Origin: Patescibacteria group bacterium UBA7522
GTDB taxonomy: Bacteria > Patescibacteriota > CPR2 > UBA1875
Reading direction: 5' to 3'
Length of the DNA: 37,143 bases
NCBI GenBank assembly: GCA_002476865.1
Contig: DLNA01000003.1
Location: 1 to 37,143, forward strand
Shown here: piece by piece, positions 24,151-32,901 of the stretch
Position numbering within the stretch: the first letter of the stretch is position 1
Layout: each line of letters begins with the position of its first letter
Position numbers and translations under genes: made by a program
Notes under the pieces: model-generated
Told to the model about the DNA's origin: nothing
The model's input: the letters and a program-made list of their open reading frames with translations, nothing else
Databases searched by the model: none

Positions 24151-24750
24151 TTAATAATTTTCTCGACCTTCAAGGGCTCTGGAGAGGGTTACTTCATCTG
24201 CATATTCAATATCTGAACCAACGGGAAGGCCTCGAGCAATCCTGGTAACCTTAACATTAAGGGGTTCTAGAAGTTTTTGAAGATACATCGCCGTCGCCTC
24301 TCCCTCAACGTTTATATTTGTTGCCAAAATAATCTCCTTAACACTGCTGCTATGAAGTCGATCTAGGAGCTGTTTTATATAAAGATCATCCGGACCGATG
24401 CCCTCGACCGGTGAAATTACTCCGTGTAGTACATGGTAAACGCCATCAAACTTACCAGTTTTTTCAAATGCAATAATGTCTAACGGCTCTTCGAGAACCA
24501 TAATTGTAGTATGGTCACGTCTTGGATCGCCACAAACCGGGCAAGGATTACTTTCGGCCAGATTTGAACATTCGGAACAAATCTGAATATTTTCCTTTAG
24601 ATCCAAGACAGCTTTGCCCAAAGATTCGGTCCTCTCTTTTGATCCCCTCAGCAAATAAAAAGTAAGTCGTTGTGCCGACTTCGGTCCTATCCCGGGCAAA
24701 CGACCGAATTCATCGATTAATTTTTGAACTGATTTTGGAATAAGCCTCAT
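24151..24750 (-). CDS. recR: Recombination protein RecR
   Basis: 199 aa with the HhH motif (LPGIGPKSAQRLTFYLL), the C4 zinc finger (CSECSNLAESNPCPVC) and a Toprim domain. Confidence 0.93.
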   Translation of the reverse strand: MRLIPKSVQKLIDEFGRLPGIGPKSAQRLTFYLLRGSKERTESLGKAVLDLKENIQICSECSNLAESNPCPVCGDPRRDHTTIMVLEEPLDIIAFEKTGKFDGVYHVLHGVISPVEGIGPDDLYIKQLLDRLHSSSVKEIILATNINVEGEATAMYLQKLLEPLNVKVTRIARGLPVGSDIEYADEVTLSRALEGRENY

Positions 24751-24771
24751 AAATCATTTACCATGGACCAA

Positions 24772-25131
24772 CTAATGGTCCATCCTCTCTATTGTGGTAT
24801 ACAGCATTTTGGCACACTCTTCCGCTAATCCATATAGCTCCTCAAATTCCATCTCACTTATCAGCTCTTCATCCTTTGAGAATTCAATAAAGTACTTTAG
24901 TTCCTGTAGCGAGCCGTATGACGCTAGAAGAAATTGTCGGTAATGTTTAGTACCTTTTCTTGCAAAACCCTCTATTATATTCACGGGCACCGAGACCGCC
25001 GCCCGTCTCATCTGAGACACTAGCCCGTAAAGCTCTTCTTTAGGATACGACTTAGTAGCCCTATATACGTCATGCGCAAGTTTGTCCGATTTCACCACTA
25101 TGGGATTCTGCGAATGTTTTATATCTCTCAT
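24772..25131 (-). CDS. Four-helix-bundle protein (23S rRNA intervening-sequence protein family)
   Basis: 119 aa. KLAHDVYRATKSYPKEELYGLVSQMRRAAVSVPVNIIEGFARKGTKHYRQFLLASYGSLQELKYFIEFS matches the TIGR02436-type family signature as I recall it. Confidence 0.8.
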   Translation of the reverse strand: MRDIKHSQNPIVVKSDKLAHDVYRATKSYPKEELYGLVSQMRRAAVSVPVNIIEGFARKGTKHYRQFLLASYGSLQELKYFIEFSKDEELISEMEFEELYGLAEECAKMLYTTIERMDH

Positions 25132-25171
25132 ATTTTATATTGGTCCCTGGTCGGTGAGCTTTGAGATTTGT

Positions 25172-25447
25172 CTACAGCCCAAAACCGCCAAGACCGCCCA
25201 TATCTTTCATCATTTCGGCAGCAATTTTTTGAGATTTCTCGATAGCCGAAGATACGGCTATTTTTATATCTGACTCAATGTTGTCTAGATTTTCTTTATC
25301 AATTTCAACGCTTTGAATCTTTTGCTCGCCGTTCATTATAATTTTAACGGCTCCGCTTTCGCCTTCAACCGTTTGACTTTTCAATTTCTTTTGAATCTCT
25401 CTTGCTTTTTTTACTAAATCATAGTTTTCTTTGGCTTTACCAAACAT
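25172..25447 (-). CDS. ybaB: Nucleoid-associated protein YbaB/EbfC
   Basis: MFGKAKENYDLVKKAREIQKKLKSQTVEGESGAVKIIMNGEQKIQSVEID parallels E. coli YbaB (MFGKGG...). The start is placed at ATG 25447, 9 nt after GAGGAG. The track ORF begins at 25471. Confidence 0.88.
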   Translation of the reverse strand: MFGKAKENYDLVKKAREIQKKLKSQTVEGESGAVKIIMNGEQKIQSVEIDKENLDNIESDIKIAVSSAIEKSQKIAAEMMKDMGGLGGFGL

Positions 25448-25532
25448 TGACATAATCTCCTCGCTTTCCATTAAAATTTAAAAAATTAGAATCAAATCGC
25501 CAGTATATTTTAACCCAAACTTTTATGTCGGT

Positions 25533-27047
25533 CTATGGCAATTGAGAGTCGGCTTTTGTATAAAGAGTCGCTTGAAGCCCAGCGCTATCAAAATAGATTG
25601 CCGAGTCATAATCGTCCCAAATTTTATTGTCCCAATATCCTTTGCCGGACTTGCCTATTAGCCAAACCCTTTCATGTTGAGACACTTGAGATTCGTTTAG
25701 AATATATTTTTCTTGTTGATCGTAATAAAGCGAAGTTTCTCCATAGCCATCAACTGGTTCTGACATAAAGTACAAATCCCCGTAACCGAGATAGTAGGAT
25801 CCATCTAGGTGAGTGTAAAGTTCTCCAGAGACCAAAAGGTCGCCTTCTTGAGATTGTGTTTTTACTGTTTTTGTGAGGGCTTTCATCTGGTGATTAACAT
25901 CTTTGTGCATATAGTAATTTCCGTATAAAAGAATCCCAACCGCAAAAAAAGCAAAGCCGTATTTAACTTTTTTATTCTTGATTATCGATATTGTTACGCC
26001 CCAAATCGCAAAAATCGCAACCGCAGAAAAAGGAAAGTACCGATCTTGATAAATAGGAGTTGCCAACTTAGAGGCGATATAAACCATAACCATCGGTAAA
26101 AAGCCGAAAAGATATAGGGATGCTGCGACTTTTCGTTTACTTTTTTCTTTAAAAATATAGACGCCACCAAAAATCGCAATCAATACCAATAATGTCCAGA
26201 CAATCACGCCAATAATTTTATTTTGATCGTAGAGCTTATCTAGATGAGAATACAAAAAAAACTGAAGGACATTGTTGGGGATGGTTCTAAAAGTAATCCA
26301 TTCCGGTTTTATCCAATAACTATCAGAGACCCTTGTTACTTGGCTATAAGCAACAGAAAACCAGGGTAAATAGCCAACAAGTAGCGCAACATTAGCAAGC
26401 CACCATTTATAATTAAACAAACCTTCTTTTGTTTTTATGGCGCTTAACCATCTAAAGTTCCAAAATCCTTTTGTAAAAAAACTAAAAATTACCCAATGTG
26501 AAATAATTACAAAAAAGGCATAGTACTGGGTATACATTGCAGCCAACATCGAAGGCACATATAAGAATAAAAGTTTATAGTTTTTTTCTTTTATGATCTT
26601 TACTAGATAGTAAGTAGCCAGGGTTGTAAAAAAAGCCACCACACCATACATCCTTGCCTCTTGGCCAAAACGAACCATAAACGGAGAGAGGGCCGTAAAG
26701 AGTGATGCCCAAAAAGCCGCTTTTTCACTCCAAACCTCTTTAATAATCTTAAAAACAAAGTAAACGATACCCAGAGAAAAGATTAAAGACAAAAATCTTA
26801 TTGAAAACTCTGAAGATCCAAAAATTATCGTCCATGGCTTAGCCATCAAATAATAACCCGGGGGATGAACATCCCGCGCTGTTCTTTCTAGGATTCCCAG
26901 AATATCATATTTGAGTAACCACATTGTGTAGCCCTCGTCGTGCCAAATAGATGAGGATGTTATTTTGTAAAGGCGCAACACAAAACCAATTATCAGTGGC
27001 CAAAACCAAAGATTTTTAAGCGTAAATTTTTTAATTTTCGAATTCAT
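25533..27047 (-). CDS. GT-C membrane glycosyltransferase (GT39/ArnT/PMT-like) with a C-terminal extracytoplasmic domain
   Basis: Multi-pass membrane protein. The first-loop motif is LRLYKITSSSIWHDEGYT (a DE pair). It is a paralogue of 27031-28569. I prefer ATG 27047 over GTG 27065. Confidence 0.75.
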   Translation of the reverse strand: MNSKIKKFTLKNLWFWPLIIGFVLRLYKITSSSIWHDEGYTMWLLKYDILGILERTARDVHPPGYYLMAKPWTIIFGSSEFSIRFLSLIFSLGIVYFVFKIIKEVWSEKAAFWASLFTALSPFMVRFGQEARMYGVVAFFTTLATYYLVKIIKEKNYKLLFLYVPSMLAAMYTQYYAFFVIISHWVIFSFFTKGFWNFRWLSAIKTKEGLFNYKWWLANVALLVGYLPWFSVAYSQVTRVSDSYWIKPEWITFRTIPNNVLQFFLYSHLDKLYDQNKIIGVIVWTLLVLIAIFGGVYIFKEKSKRKVAASLYLFGFLPMVMVYIASKLATPIYQDRYFPFSAVAIFAIWGVTISIIKNKKVKYGFAFFAVGILLYGNYYMHKDVNHQMKALTKTVKTQSQEGDLLVSGELYTHLDGSYYLGYGDLYFMSEPVDGYGETSLYYDQQEKYILNESQVSQHERVWLIGKSGKGYWDNKIWDDYDSAIYFDSAGLQATLYTKADSQLP

Positions 27048-28569
27048 AATAAAGAGTCCTTCCACCTAGGTCCGATTTAACCGGGCTAAAATTAAACCAA
27101 TAGCCCTTCTCTAAAAGAGCCCGAATAGCAGAATCATACCAGCCAGCTGTAATGTAAATCTTGTACTTTCCTTCTGGTAAAACAAAATTTTCACTTATTT
27201 CGTAGGTCTCGAATTGGGTAATTTTAGGACGATTGCCGTGAGTTAAATACTGAACTGTTTTGAGGCCAAACTCACCTGCGATTACCAGGTTCTCTCTATC
27301 TGATGGCGAATTTCTTAAGTCCTGGCCCATTATATACATATCCTCGGCATATGCCTCCCTTGCCTCAACATAAACCGGAAAGTCAATAAAATATTTTTTA
27401 AATCCCAGAAAACTAGCGATCAAAAGCAATGACGAGACGACAACCAATGACACCTTTTTGTCTTTTATTTTTTCATATATCCAGCTGAATCCGAGTCCGA
27501 TCCAAATAAATATCACCGGGATTGCTCCAACTAACCTCAGGGCATGAGGTATTCCTTCGGCAGTTAAAATCATTGGTAAGCTCATCGCTCCAAGCCATGC
27601 AAAAAGCAGAAAATGTTCTATCTTCTTAAATTTTAAGGCGGAAAGCACAATTCCAATCCAGAAGATAGCTCCGGTCACAATATCTAACATCGGGCTTCCG
27701 CCCAAATTATGTCTGAAGTTTTTGTCTCCAGCGATGTTAAACATTTTTATTTCTTGAATTATGTTATCTAGGAGGGTTTTTATGGCACTTCCATTGTTTA
27801 GCTCTGGGTTAAAAATACTCGTTGAGGCCCTGCCAAAAATATCGGCCGGGACATGGACAAAGTGAATCAGCATCGGAATCATTACTATCGTAAAAGACGC
27901 TGCCGCCCAAAGAATATTTTTAATGTTCCTTTTAATAAATCCCTTTTCAAAGAAGATCGTCCAAAGCCAAAAGGATAAAAATATAAAAGGCAACATTCTA
28001 ATAGAAAGATAGGTGTAAAAACCAACCGCCAAGAAAACACCAAAGAGGGCGTAGTCACGCTTTTTCTTTTCACGAAACGCCTTAATGAAATAGTAAAAGA
28101 TAAGACATAAAACGAGTGGCAGCATTATGGCTCGAAAGCCATTTCTAGAGAATTGAATATGCCAAGCCGAAACAGCTAATGCGGCCGAAGAGAAAAGTGC
28201 TACTTTTTTGTTAAATAATTCCTTTGCCAAAAGATAAAGCGCCCAAACACCGCCCGTCCCGACTATAGCTGCCGCTATCCTTAAAGCAAGCGGTGTAAAA
28301 TACAAAGAATCTATATGAAATGCTTTACCGGCCCAAACAAATACTCCCTGTAAATAAAAAAACAGCGACTCTCTGGGTCCATTTGTGTCATAAACAACCC
28401 TATGATCGCCCTCCTCCATCATCCTGATAATATCAAGGCCGTTTGCTGCTTCGTCGGGGTAAAGACCAAAGGGGATTGAATCCAGTTTATAAAACCTTAA
28501 AAATGTTGCTGCAAATAATATCACCAAAAGAATCCAGTTGTTTTTTAAAAAATTTTTTAATTTTTGCAT
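27031..28569 (-). CDS. GT-C membrane glycosyltransferase (GT39/ArnT/PMT-like)
   Basis: 512 aa. FLRFYKLDSIPFGLYPDEAANGLD is the typical ArnT/PMT first-loop DE motif. It has about 11-13 hydrophobic helices and a C-terminal soluble domain. Confidence 0.78.
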   Translation of the reverse strand: MQKLKNFLKNNWILLVILFAATFLRFYKLDSIPFGLYPDEAANGLDIIRMMEEGDHRVVYDTNGPRESLFFYLQGVFVWAGKAFHIDSLYFTPLALRIAAAIVGTGGVWALYLLAKELFNKKVALFSSAALAVSAWHIQFSRNGFRAIMLPLVLCLIFYYFIKAFREKKKRDYALFGVFLAVGFYTYLSIRMLPFIFLSFWLWTIFFEKGFIKRNIKNILWAAASFTIVMIPMLIHFVHVPADIFGRASTSIFNPELNNGSAIKTLLDNIIQEIKMFNIAGDKNFRHNLGGSPMLDIVTGAIFWIGIVLSALKFKKIEHFLLFAWLGAMSLPMILTAEGIPHALRLVGAIPVIFIWIGLGFSWIYEKIKDKKVSLVVVSSLLLIASFLGFKKYFIDFPVYVEAREAYAEDMYIMGQDLRNSPSDRENLVIAGEFGLKTVQYLTHGNRPKITQFETYEISENFVLPEGKYKIYITAGWYDSAIRALLEKGYWFNFSPVKSDLGGRTLYYEFEN

Positions 28570-28955
28570 TTTTCACACTCCACTTCGTAAATTATAAAAT
28601 TATTTATATTATTATCGTTGCCGGCAATGTATTTTTTAAAGTCGATAAAAATATCGGAAAGTTTTTCCTCAAACACCTTTGACTCCTTGACAGAAAGTAT
28701 TGAAAAATTTTTATCTTTTGGGATATCTTTGATATTATTCTCTGAAACACTTCTCATTCTCCACAAATCCGGGCAAACCCTAGATCCCAGATAATAGATT
28801 GACTCCTTTCCTGAAGCATAGTATTTTATCTCTTTTGCAAAACCGCAATACTTTGATTCTGCGAAAAATAAAATTAAAAATATTGCGGCAAGGATTGTTA
28901 AAAATGTGATTAAAAATCTAGGATTTAAGAGAGTGTTTTTAGGATTATTTTTTAT
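28557..28955 (-). CDS. Membrane-anchored Cys-containing small protein; its frame has no canonical start (candidate ATA start or +1 fusion to the GT2 gene)
   Basis: The frame is open from 28961 to the stop at 28557. It has no ATG/GTG/TTG until TTG 28766, which is the 69-aa track ORF. The region upstream of that TTG encodes a textbook N-terminal anchor, (I)KNNPKNTLLNPRFLITFLTILAAIFLILFFAES. GGGGG, cgat, then ATA lies at 28955. Confidence 0.45.
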   Translation of the reverse strand: MKNNPKNTLLNPRFLITFLTILAAIFLILFFAESKYCGFAKEIKYYASGKESIYYLGSRVCPDLWRMRSVSENNIKDIPKDKNFSILSVKESKVFEEKLSDIFIDFKKYIAGNDNNINNFIIYEVECEKCKN

Positions 28956-29769
28956 ATCGCCCCCTTATCATGTGCCCGTATATCTGAAATATTTCTTTAA
29001 ATGTGTTTAGCGCATCTTTAAGACCAATATTTGACTCCGCAGCATCATCGAACCAATCAATCGGAACCTCAACGACCTTTAATTTAAACTTTTTAGCTAT
29101 TACAAAAAGCTCTGTATCAAACCCAAATCCGTCTAGTTGTATTCGCGGGAAAATAATATCAGAGGCATCTTTAGTAAACAGCTTAAACCCACAACGCTGA
29201 TCCGTAAAACTTTGACCAAGCAGAACAGTAAAAACAAGATTACCGCCCCGGGACACCAACTGCCTAAGTCGCCCCTGCTTAACGGTCGCCGTATATCTTT
29301 TTGCGTGGCCAAAAATTATGACATCTAATACGTCCTTAATTCCGCCCAAAACCGCCTTAAACCAATTATTTTGACCCTCAACAACCTTTGATGAATATCT
29401 TGTACCGATAATGATGTCGTACTTTTCTGTGTAAGGTAATAGCTTGTCTATCTCCTTAAAGCTGGTAGAATTATCGGCGTCCATAAAAAGCTCCAGGTCA
29501 GAGTCGGCGGCCATCATTCCCATCTTAACCGCTCTCCCCTTTCCTATACCCTTTAAATCTTTTGGTGTATCTATCCTTTTATATTTTGAAAGCTCTCTTC
29601 CTAATTGATCAGCAACTTCGGGCGATTTATCGGTTGATCTGTCATTTACAAAAATAACATCCACCTCATAATTTATTTTTGGCGAATGTTCTTTTATATC
29701 TTTAAACGTTTCTGATAGCTTTTCTTCTTGATTCTTACAAGGAATAATAACCGATAACTTTTTGTCCAT
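28945..29769 (-). CDS. GT2 polyprenyl-phosphate sugar synthase-like glycosyltransferase (DPM/DPG synthase family)
   Basis: 274 aa with LSVIIPCKNQEEKL, VIFVNDRSTDKS and the DAD motif (FMDADNS). The Shine-Dalgarno is AGGGGG, aaaa, ATG. Confidence 0.85.
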   Translation of the reverse strand: MDKKLSVIIPCKNQEEKLSETFKDIKEHSPKINYEVDVIFVNDRSTDKSPEVADQLGRELSKYKRIDTPKDLKGIGKGRAVKMGMMAADSDLELFMDADNSTSFKEIDKLLPYTEKYDIIIGTRYSSKVVEGQNNWFKAVLGGIKDVLDVIIFGHAKRYTATVKQGRLRQLVSRGGNLVFTVLLGQSFTDQRCGFKLFTKDASDIIFPRIQLDGFGFDTELFVIAKKFKLKVVEVPIDWFDDAAESNIGLKDALNTFKEIFQIYGHMIRGRYKK

Positions 29770-29787
29770 TTTTCCCCCTAAAGTTAG

Positions 29788-31032
29788 TTACTTAATAGGT
29801 ATAGGTGATGTTTCTGAAAATTCCGCCTGGACGGACTTGGAGTATCGATAGGCAACAAAATACCTGTCAAAATTATACAACATTGAAAGAGAAAAGAAAA
29901 CCGCCACCAATCCAATCGCAAAAAATTTTGCCTTTTTGTCGATCGGAAAAGTTTCAAACCACTTGGTTAGAACAAGCTCTATTATTAACGCCGAAAAAGT
30001 ATAAACAACCGGCAACATGCCCAAAAGATCAATTCCGGAGAGCGGCGACCTTAAGGCCGCATAGAAGCTGTAAATCAAAAACCAAACAACCAGAAAAAAA
30101 TACTTTCGCCTAGAAAGAGAGAGAATAGCAAAAACAAGACCAGCTACGCTTGTAACAAAGATGAGGGGATCCAAGAGCGGTTCGTGACCAACGTTTAGAA
30201 AATTTTCCCCTGAACTCTTTAAAAAAAGTAACCCAGGTATCTGGCTAATATTAATGGCTAAATCCTCAAGTGAGAATTTAAAATTATAATAGGATAGGTA
30301 GCTAGCAGATCCCAAAGAAAAAGAGACGATATAAGGAGCGATTACGGCAAAAAATCCGACTGTAGCAACAATAAGCTCATCTCTGTACCCAGTAATAAAT
30401 TTCTTGTTTCTTCTGAAGAAGTAGAAACCTGCCGCCAGAAAAATAAAAGGGGCGAGTAAAAAGGAGGGGCTCGTATAAAAACCGAGACCAGCGATAACGC
30501 CAGAGAGTCCAAAAAGCCAAACGCTTTTGGTTCTATAAGCATTTGTTAGGGCGATAAGAAGCGAGACCAGAACGAGCGGTAATAAAACTTCTGGAATAAT
30601 CAATCTTGAGGCAGAGACATGAAAGGCAGAAAAAGAAAACAAAAGAGCCATAAAGATCGCGATCTTTCTTGAAAACCATTTATAAATGAACACATAGGAT
30701 AGTAATACTGTTAGACCTCCTATTAGGGCCGAAAGATATCTTAAGCTTAAGACCGAGAGGCCAAAAATTTTACTCCAAAGATAAGACAAATAAATATAAG
30801 CGGCATTATAGTAACCGCCCTCTAGCCACATGCTATCTTTTTTAAGATCTTTTATTGCCCTAACTGTTTCGATTTCTTTTTGAGATAATCCGTTCGGTAT
30901 AACACGAATATTAAAAGTTCTTAAAAAGAAGGCAAATAAAAAAATACCCAACGTTATTAAAAGAATTTGATTATTCTTTAGGTATTCAATGGTTTTTTTT
31001 ATGACTGGCCTTAATAGTAAAGAAAGTTTCAT
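29788..31032 (-). CDS. Polytopic membrane protein, truncated GT-C/ArnT-like paralogue
   Basis: 414 aa with about 12 hydrophobic helices. The N-terminus FLRTFNIRVIPNGLSQKEIETV aligns with the first-loop region of the two GT39-like genes. It has KE where they have DE, and it lacks their C-terminal soluble domain. Confidence 0.6.
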   Translation of the reverse strand: MKLSLLLRPVIKKTIEYLKNNQILLITLGIFLFAFFLRTFNIRVIPNGLSQKEIETVRAIKDLKKDSMWLEGGYYNAAYIYLSYLWSKIFGLSVLSLRYLSALIGGLTVLLSYVFIYKWFSRKIAIFMALLFSFSAFHVSASRLIIPEVLLPLVLVSLLIALTNAYRTKSVWLFGLSGVIAGLGFYTSPSFLLAPFIFLAAGFYFFRRNKKFITGYRDELIVATVGFFAVIAPYIVSFSLGSASYLSYYNFKFSLEDLAINISQIPGLLFLKSSGENFLNVGHEPLLDPLIFVTSVAGLVFAILSLSRRKYFFLVVWFLIYSFYAALRSPLSGIDLLGMLPVVYTFSALIIELVLTKWFETFPIDKKAKFFAIGLVAVFFSLSMLYNFDRYFVAYRYSKSVQAEFSETSPIPIK

Positions 31033-31493
31033 TTTTTAGTATTAAAGGTCCACTTTCTATAGGCAAAAAAGTTCCAGATAAGAGCCAAGCCGATACCCCA
31101 AACCTTTGCCCAGTTATTTATAACAAAAGCTTCAGCAAAAATTGAATCAAGGCCGATAAAACGAACTATAGAATATACCCACTCTCCAGTTATTGTCCAC
31201 TTGTCTGCTAAAAGCCATATCATAAACGTCTGAATTGCCATCCCAACTAAACTAAAAGAGACAAATTTAAAAAATTCTACAGGGATATCGTCTCTTGATT
31301 TGTCTTTAAAGGTCCAGTTTTTGTTCCAAACATAACTATTGATTATCGCTATTGAAACAGAGAATAAGTTAGCGATCACAACATAAACACCAAAAACCGC
31401 TGTAAGCAAGTTAAAAACACCAAAATCGATAAGAGTGTTTGAAACACCCACGATACCAAATTTACCTGCCTGTTTTACCGTTTCTTTTTTCAT
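31029..31493 (-). CDS. GtrA-family membrane protein (polyprenyl-phosphate sugar translocation)
   Basis: 154 aa with four helices. It has KFGIVGVSNTLIDFGVFNLL at the N-terminus and WNFFAYRKWTF at the C-terminus. An ATGA overlap links it to the downstream gene. Confidence 0.8.
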   Translation of the reverse strand: MKKETVKQAGKFGIVGVSNTLIDFGVFNLLTAVFGVYVVIANLFSVSIAIINSYVWNKNWTFKDKSRDDIPVEFFKFVSFSLVGMAIQTFMIWLLADKWTITGEWVYSIVRFIGLDSIFAEAFVINNWAKVWGIGLALIWNFFAYRKWTFNTKK

Positions 31494-31527
31494 AAATACC
31501 CCCTATTAATAAATACCTGGAATTATT

Positions 31528-32877
31528 CTATACTTCTTGTCGTTTTTTTTCAACCGCTCGAATGTTTTGGGTCTCTTTTTTAAAGTAAAGCTCTGCTTGA
31601 CCAATTGGACCGTTTCTGTGCTTTCTAATTAGAATGTCCATGATATTCTTTCTTTCAGTATCTTCGTCGTATGCCTCTTCACGATAAACAAACATAACAA
31701 CGTCTGCGTCTTGCTCAATCGATCCGGATTCTCTTAAATCAGAGAGCTGCGGTATCTTTGAAGGTCGCTGCTCCACTGCTCTCGATAACTGAGAAAGAGC
31801 GACAACCGGAACATTAAGTTCTCTTGCTAATCCCTTTAAAGAACGCGAGATGGCGGAAACTTCCTGGACTCGGTTATCAGGGTTATTACCCGACATTAAC
31901 TGTAAATAGTCGATAATAATTAACCCCAGGCCATGCTCCGACTGAAGCCGCCTTGCTTTTGTTCGCATCTCAAGAACGTTAATAATAGAAGAGTCATCTA
32001 TAAACAAGGGTGCCTCAGAAAGAGCCCCATAAGCATGATTTATTTTCAGAAAGTCATTGTCGTCTAAGTTTCCAGTTCTGAGTTTCCAAGAATCAATGCC
32101 CGCCTCCGAGGCCAACAGCCTGTCAACCAGCTGCTCTTTTGACATTTCTAAAGAAAAAATAGCGACCGGAACCTGGTCTTTGACAGCAACATTGTGAGCA
32201 ATATTTAAAGCAAAGGCCGTTTTACCCATTGAGGGCCTTCCAGCAATGATCACAAGATCAGACGGTTGCAGTCCCGCCAAAACGTTATCAAGGTTTTTAA
32301 AGCCGGTAGAAACGCCTCGTAAGCTCTCCTTATCCTTATGAAGCTCGTCTATACGATCAAAGCTCTCCGCCAAGACACTTTTAAGAGAAATGAAGTTTTC
32401 TTTTAAATGTTTTTCAGAGACCTCAAAAATTTTCTTTTCGGCCCGATCAAGAACCTCGCTCGGACTATCACTTTCGTCAAAAGCCATATTAACCACTTCG
32501 TTGGCCGTTGTGATTAAGCGCCTTAAAAGTGCCTTATCTGAAACAATTTTTGCATAATTAATAACATGAGCGGCCGAAGGAACAGCGTTTGCCAGCTGGG
32601 AAATTAGCGTCGCCCCCCCAATGGCTTTAAGTTTCTTTTTTTCTTCAAGGCGGTTGGTTAAAGTTACAACATCAATTGGCTGATGATGTTCATATAACCA
32701 AATCATATTATCATAAACAATTCTGTAAGAATCGTTATAAAAATCATCTGGAATCAAAATATCGGCAACCTTAATAATGGCATCCTTATCAAGGAGTATA
32801 GAGCCCAAAACAGAGACCTCGGCCTCTTGATTTTGTGGCGGTATTTTTTCAAGCCCTTTAGGAGAGTTATCCTCCAC
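31528..32877 (-). CDS. dnaB: Replicative DNA helicase DnaB
   Basis: 449 aa with PPQNQEAEVSVLGSILLD, Walker A GRPSMGKTAF and IIIDYLQLM. The GTG start lies 7 nt after GGGAG. Confidence 0.93.
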   Translation of the reverse strand: MEDNSPKGLEKIPPQNQEAEVSVLGSILLDKDAIIKVADILIPDDFYNDSYRIVYDNMIWLYEHHQPIDVVTLTNRLEEKKKLKAIGGATLISQLANAVPSAAHVINYAKIVSDKALLRRLITTANEVVNMAFDESDSPSEVLDRAEKKIFEVSEKHLKENFISLKSVLAESFDRIDELHKDKESLRGVSTGFKNLDNVLAGLQPSDLVIIAGRPSMGKTAFALNIAHNVAVKDQVPVAIFSLEMSKEQLVDRLLASEAGIDSWKLRTGNLDDNDFLKINHAYGALSEAPLFIDDSSIINVLEMRTKARRLQSEHGLGLIIIDYLQLMSGNNPDNRVQEVSAISRSLKGLARELNVPVVALSQLSRAVEQRPSKIPQLSDLRESGSIEQDADVVMFVYREEAYDEDTERKNIMDILIRKHRNGPIGQAELYFKKETQNIRAVEKKRQEV

Positions 32878-32901
32878 TATTTAGCTCCCACTCCCCCATT
32901 T

